Shown here: positions 7,698 through 10,893 of the stretch, piece after piece
Layout: every line of letters starts with the position of its first letter
Position numbering within the stretch: position 1 is the first letter of the stretch
NCBI GenBank assembly: GCA_046757665.1
Contig: JBHHYO010000083.1
Coordinates: forward strand, 1 to 10,893
Source: Nitrospinales bacterium
GTDB lineage: Bacteria > Nitrospinota > Nitrospinia > Nitrospinales > JAJDAT01
Length of the DNA stretch: 10,893 bases
Direction: 5' to 3'
Program-made: the position numbers and the translations under genes
The notes under the pieces: model-generated
The model's database searches: none
The model's input: the letters and a program-made list of their open reading frames with translations, nothing else
Told to the model about the DNA's origin: nothing

Positions 7698-7939
7698 TGA
7701 ATATTATCGACATCGATTTTGAAAAGGGCACCGTTCACTGCGATTACAAGGAGTGGAAGATCGTTTCCAACAACAACAATCAATACCTGTTGTTGCAACG
7801 CGAGGAAAACGGGCGTTTTCACGCGGCGGAAGCGGAAGTGAAGCGCAAGCAGATGTTCGAGGTGAAGGAAATCGCCTACCGCGGCCCGAACGGTGAAACG
7901 TTTGTGTTCGATCCCGAATCCGGAATCATAAAAATCTGA
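7697..7939 (+). CDS. Hypothetical protein (80 aa)
   Basis: TGATG stop/start overlap with ctpA, protein-like composition, followed by a hairpin. No family recognised. Confidence 0.75.
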   Translation: MNIIDIDFEKGTVHCDYKEWKIVSNNNNQYLLLQREENGRFHAAEAEVKRKQMFEVKEIAYRGPNGETFVFDPESGIIKI

Positions 7940-7942
7940 CCA

Positions 7943-7970
7943 CCCCCTCCCCCTGATCCAGGAAAGGGGG
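7943..7970. terminator. GC-rich imperfect hairpin between convergent genes (possible bidirectional terminator or REP-like element)
   Basis: CCCCCT (7943-7948) pairs with AGGGGG (7965-7970), and CCTG pairs with CAGG around an ATC loop. No clear U-tract. Confidence 0.45.
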
Positions 7971-7983
7971 GATGCTTGCCACG

Positions 7984-8358
7984 TTATTCCTCCGGGAAGT
8001 AAGTGTCCTGGTCGGCGAAGACGGGCGGGGAATGGAAGTTGAGCATCTCCAGGGATTCGTGGCGTGTTTGAAACCGGTGCAGGGTGCGCGGCGGTACGCG
8101 GAAAAAACATCCCGGACGCAGATGAAATTCCTCGTCACCCAGAACGGCGACGCCTTCGCCGGACAACACGTAGTACAGTTCCTCGCCCGATTTGTGAAAG
8201 CTCGGTTTCTTTTCCTGGTGGGGCTTCATGATGACTCGATACGCGGAAAACCGGGCGCAGTATTCCCTGCCCAGCAACTGTTCGATCTCGATGCCCTTCA
8301 AGCGGAAAACTCCGCCACCGTCCGGTTCGACAAATACGACCTTTTTCGTGGGGTCCAT
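7984..8358 (-). CDS. Cupin-domain protein (Cupin_2-like)
   Basis: SFHKSGEELYYVLSGEGVAVLGDEEFHLRPG and FRVPPRTLHRF cupin motifs; 124 aa. Confidence 0.9.
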   Translation of the reverse strand: MDPTKKVVFVEPDGGGVFRLKGIEIEQLLGREYCARFSAYRVIMKPHQEKKPSFHKSGEELYYVLSGEGVAVLGDEEFHLRPGCFFRVPPRTLHRFQTRHESLEMLNFHSPPVFADQDTYFPEE

Positions 8359-8382
8359 TTTTTGTTCGCGGGTTTTGTTTGA

Positions 8383-9480
8383 CTATTCTACGACGCGCAG
8401 TTCCTTGAGGACGTCTCCCGACCATTCAAAAGCCAGGCGCGTCCGGTTCCGGGAAAGCTTTTTCTGAAAAGCGTATCCGTACAGGAGGGGCAGGGAAACG
8501 CTGGGTTCCACGAAGGCCATGGCGAAGTTGGCCTCCTTGTTGATTTTCCCCCAGGACTGGGCTTCCCCCAGCGTACTGCCGCTCAGCCCGCCCCAATGCG
8601 GGGAATCGGTGGTCACCTGCAGGGCGTACTTGTGGCCGCCGGTATTTTTCCCGAAAATATAGGCCATGACAATGGAATCGTTGATGTAGTTTTTCGGTAC
8701 GCCGCCGGCGACGTAAAAAGCCGCCGTCCTTGAGGACTTGACCACCGCCTGGGTGATCTCATAGTTGTCGCGGATGGCGTTGAGGGTGATGGGTGTCTTG
8801 CCTTCGCTCCTGGTGATGTAGTAGTGTTCGGCCAGGCCGATGCCGATGCTGGAATCGCTGATGGCAGGGCAGAAAATGGGAACGCCCTGTTTGCGGGCGG
8901 TTACCAGAATGGAGTCGTCGTCGTCAATGGTCTCGGACAATTTGTATAAAAACTCGCGGCTGGAGTAATCCCTCGGTTCCAGGGTGCCCGCGAAATTGCC
9001 GATCAGGGTGTCGTATTCGCCGAACAGCTCTTCGTCGATGTAAGTGTCGTAGATGCGGTTGATGTACAAATCCCGCAGGCGCTTGTCGTCGGCGTTGGGT
9101 TGGCCGCGGTAGTGGCCGCCGCCCTTGGCGGCATAAAAATCCTGGTACAGGATGGCGCCGGTGGAGACAATGAGGTCCACCATGTTGTAATGCACCATGT
9201 CGCGGATGACTTTTCGCAAACCGGCGGCGATCAGCGGACCGGCAAGGCCGAGCATGATGGTGGGCCTTTCGGGGTCCGCCAGCATCTTCTCGAATACGCC
9301 GGCGGCCAGCCCGATATTGCGGGCTTGAATCGAGGACGAGCCGAAGGCTTCCACCAGGTCGGCGACGCTGTGCGTTCGCTCGAAATCGACCTGGGAAATT
9401 TTCGTGTCCAGAACGGATTTCTTTTCCGTCCGCTCGGCCTCGCTCAAGGGCTTCGATTTCAAGAAGTCCTTATACAGCAT
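8383..9480 (-). CDS. Deoxyhypusine synthase-like protein (DHS family; possible homospermidine synthase activity)
   Basis: IVSTGAILYQD, NRIYDTYIDEE, PIFCPAISDSSIG, GGVPKNY and DSPHWGGLSGSTLGEAQSWGKI with the active-site Lys (K312). SD GAGGA upstream. Confidence 0.93.
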   Translation of the reverse strand: MLYKDFLKSKPLSEAERTEKKSVLDTKISQVDFERTHSVADLVEAFGSSSIQARNIGLAAGVFEKMLADPERPTIMLGLAGPLIAAGLRKVIRDMVHYNMVDLIVSTGAILYQDFYAAKGGGHYRGQPNADDKRLRDLYINRIYDTYIDEELFGEYDTLIGNFAGTLEPRDYSSREFLYKLSETIDDDDSILVTARKQGVPIFCPAISDSSIGIGLAEHYYITRSEGKTPITLNAIRDNYEITQAVVKSSRTAAFYVAGGVPKNYINDSIVMAYIFGKNTGGHKYALQVTTDSPHWGGLSGSTLGEAQSWGKINKEANFAMAFVEPSVSLPLLYGYAFQKKLSRNRTRLAFEWSGDVLKELRVVE

Positions 9481-9509
9481 CTGTGTTCCTCAACGTGGGT
9501 GAAAGCGGC

Positions 9510-9538
9510 ATCATAACCTTCCGCTTGAGCAAGGTCAA
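9510..9538 (-). promoter_or_regulatory. Sigma70-type promoter for the DHS-like/cupin pair
   Basis: Minus strand TTGACC (9538-9533), exact 17-nt spacer, TATGAT (9515-9510). Both boxes match consensus 5/6 and lie about 30 nt upstream of the ATG. Confidence 0.75.
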
Positions 9539-9575
9539 GTAAGGCAGGCGGCCCCGGGGTGCAAAGGGTTTCGGC

Positions 9576-10013
9576 CTACAATCGGGAACCAAGCTCGCTG
9601 GCGTGAGTTTCGGTGTTGACCTTGGGGATCACCTCGGCGATTGTGCCGTCTTCGTCGATCACGTAAGTGATGCGGGAAGCGTATTCATCTTCCGGGCTTT
9701 TAACCGCGCCGTAGGTTAGAGCGACGCGGCGGTCCACGTCGCACAACAGCGGGTAGGGCAGGGAAAATTTTTCCGCAAAGGCCTTGTTGTCCGCTTCGCT
9801 GTCCAGGCTGATGCCCAGGACGGCGATTTTTTTCTCCTCGAAAGCCCTGTACTCGTCGCGGAATCCCTGGCCTTCCATGGTGCAACCGGGGGTGTCCGCG
9901 CGCGGGTAAAACCACAGCACGACTTTGCGTCCGCGAAAGTCTTTCAAACTTACCGTATTGCCGTTGTGGTCCTTCACCGAAAAATCGGGAGCCTCCGTTC
10001 CAATCGACAGCAT
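9576..10013 (-). CDS. bcp: Peroxiredoxin, BCP/PrxQ family
   Basis: APDF, VSLKDFRGRKVVLWFYPRADTPGCT (PxxxTxxC) and RITYVIDEDG. Perfect SD AAGGAGG upstream. Confidence 0.92.
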   Translation of the reverse strand: MLSIGTEAPDFSVKDHNGNTVSLKDFRGRKVVLWFYPRADTPGCTMEGQGFRDEYRAFEEKKIAVLGISLDSEADNKAFAEKFSLPYPLLCDVDRRVALTYGAVKSPEDEYASRITYVIDEDGTIAEVIPKVNTETHASELGSRL

Positions 10014-10048
10014 AAACAGCCTCCTTTACTCAGAAGTGAAATTGATGA

Positions 10049-10282
10049 TTATTTTGCGTCCTTGTTTTTGGGGTCTCCATTCAGCCTTTTCCCCAGAAAG
10101 GCGGTCAGGTCGACGCCGAAATAACGAAAGACCGCCAGCACCAGGGCGCAGGCCGTCGCTTCGTCCAGGTTGCCCACGTAAGGGAAATTATCCGGGATGA
10201 CTTCAATGATGCCTGCGCCCGGGTTGAACAAGTATATCAAACCGACAATTCCCATCAACAAAACGGCGATGTCCTTGATCAA
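10049..10282 (-). CDS. DUF1232 (YkvA-like) small membrane protein
   Basis: Hydrophobic segments flank YLFNP...IPDNFPYVGNLDE, which resembles the DUF1232 motif. TTG start with GAGGA 9 nt upstream. Confidence 0.8.
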   Translation of the reverse strand: MIKDIAVLLMGIVGLIYLFNPGAGIIEVIPDNFPYVGNLDEATACALVLAVFRYFGVDLTAFLGKRLNGDPKNKDAK

Positions 10283-10298
10283 AAAAAATCATCCTCGG

Positions 10299-10331
10299 AA
10301 AAATTAGCGGCGCCACGATAGCGGTCGCCGC
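10299..10331 (-). terminator. Intrinsic terminator after the degP-like gene
   Basis: Minus strand GCGGCG-A-CC...GG-CGCCGC stem (10331-10307) followed by TAATTTTT, starting 4 nt after the stop codon. Confidence 0.6.
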
Positions 10332-10335
10332 GGGT

Positions 10336-10893
10336 TTACCCCCGGTGGACGCCGATGAACATCGTGTTTTCGCCCCGCTTTACCAGAAACAACACAACCC
10401 CCTTGTCGAGATTGGCGGTGATCCGCAGGTAATCGGCAAGGTTGGCGACGGGTTTTTGGTTTACCTCGGCAATGATGTCTCCGCGCCGCAACCCGGCCTC
10501 CGCCGCCGGCTTGTCGGGCATGATTTCGGAAATTATGACTCCCGCCACATCCTGCAATTTAAGCTGTTGCGCCTGTCTGCGGGTGATCTCCCGAATTTCC
10601 ATCCCCAATGACTTGTCAAAAGAGGCCAGGGGTTTCTCTCTGTCGGGAGCGGGAAGGGCGGTCAGTGTAACGTTCAGGGTTTTCATTTTTCGGTCGCGGA
10701 TGATTTGCACTTCGACCGCTTGCCCCGTCGGGGTGATCTGGATAGCCTTGGGTAAATCGCCCAGGACTCGGATGTAATGCGTGTCGAAGCGGACGATCAC
10801 GTCTCCTTGTTTGATTCCTCCCTTGTCCGCGGGACTGCCGGGTTTCACTTCGCCCACCAGGACACCGTTTGTTTCCACCAGGCCAAAGGCCTC
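10336..10893 (-). CDS. HtrA/DegP/DegQ (Do) family serine protease, C-terminal two PDZ domains (5'-truncated by the window edge)
   Basis: GVLVGEVKPGSPADKGGIKQGDVIV and GVIISEIMPDKPAAEAGLRRGDIIAEVNQKPV...LVKRG. The frame is open to the window end. The protease domain is not visible and is inferred from the tandem-PDZ architecture. Confidence 0.85.
   Translation of the reverse strand, partial: EAFGLVETNGVLVGEVKPGSPADKGGIKQGDVIVRFDTHYIRVLGDLPKAIQITPTGQAVEVQIIRDRKMKTLNVTLTALPAPDREKPLASFDKSLGMEIREITRRQAQQLKLQDVAGVIISEIMPDKPAAEAGLRRGDIIAEVNQKPVANLADYLRITANLDKGVVLFLVKRGENTMFIGVHRG

Noticed and set aside
1-10893. CRISPR array, tRNA/rRNA, IS element or prophage
   Set aside because: I saw no regularly spaced repeats, RNA-gene signatures, or transposase, integrase or phage ORFs. 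Intergenic gaps are short.

Overview
Gene-dense bacterial chromosomal window of moderate-to-high GC with 14 credible CDSs. I saw no rRNA, tRNA, CRISPR array or mobile element. Order: (+) HIT/HinT hydrolase, nadA, 67-aa hypothetical, exported divergent caspase-like (C14) protein; (-) PHP phosphoesterase; (+) a tightly linked four-gene cluster encoding a UshA-like metallophosphoesterase/tetraheme cytochrome c fusion, a DsbA-like CGHC oxidoreductase, an S41 C-terminal protease with a duplicated N-terminal helical domain, and an 80-aa hypothetical; (-, listed left to right) cupin, deoxyhypusine synthase-like protein, BCP/PrxQ peroxiredoxin, DUF1232 membrane protein, and the PDZ-encoding 3' end of a DegP/DegQ protease. 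The most interesting candidate systems are the periplasmic degenerate-phosphoesterase(CGC)-tetraheme fusion operon with DsbA and CtpA, the separately promoted DHS-like plus cupin pair, and the exported caspase-like protein with altered catalytic motifs. All family calls come from motifs recognised by eye. No database searches were run, so novelty is untested.
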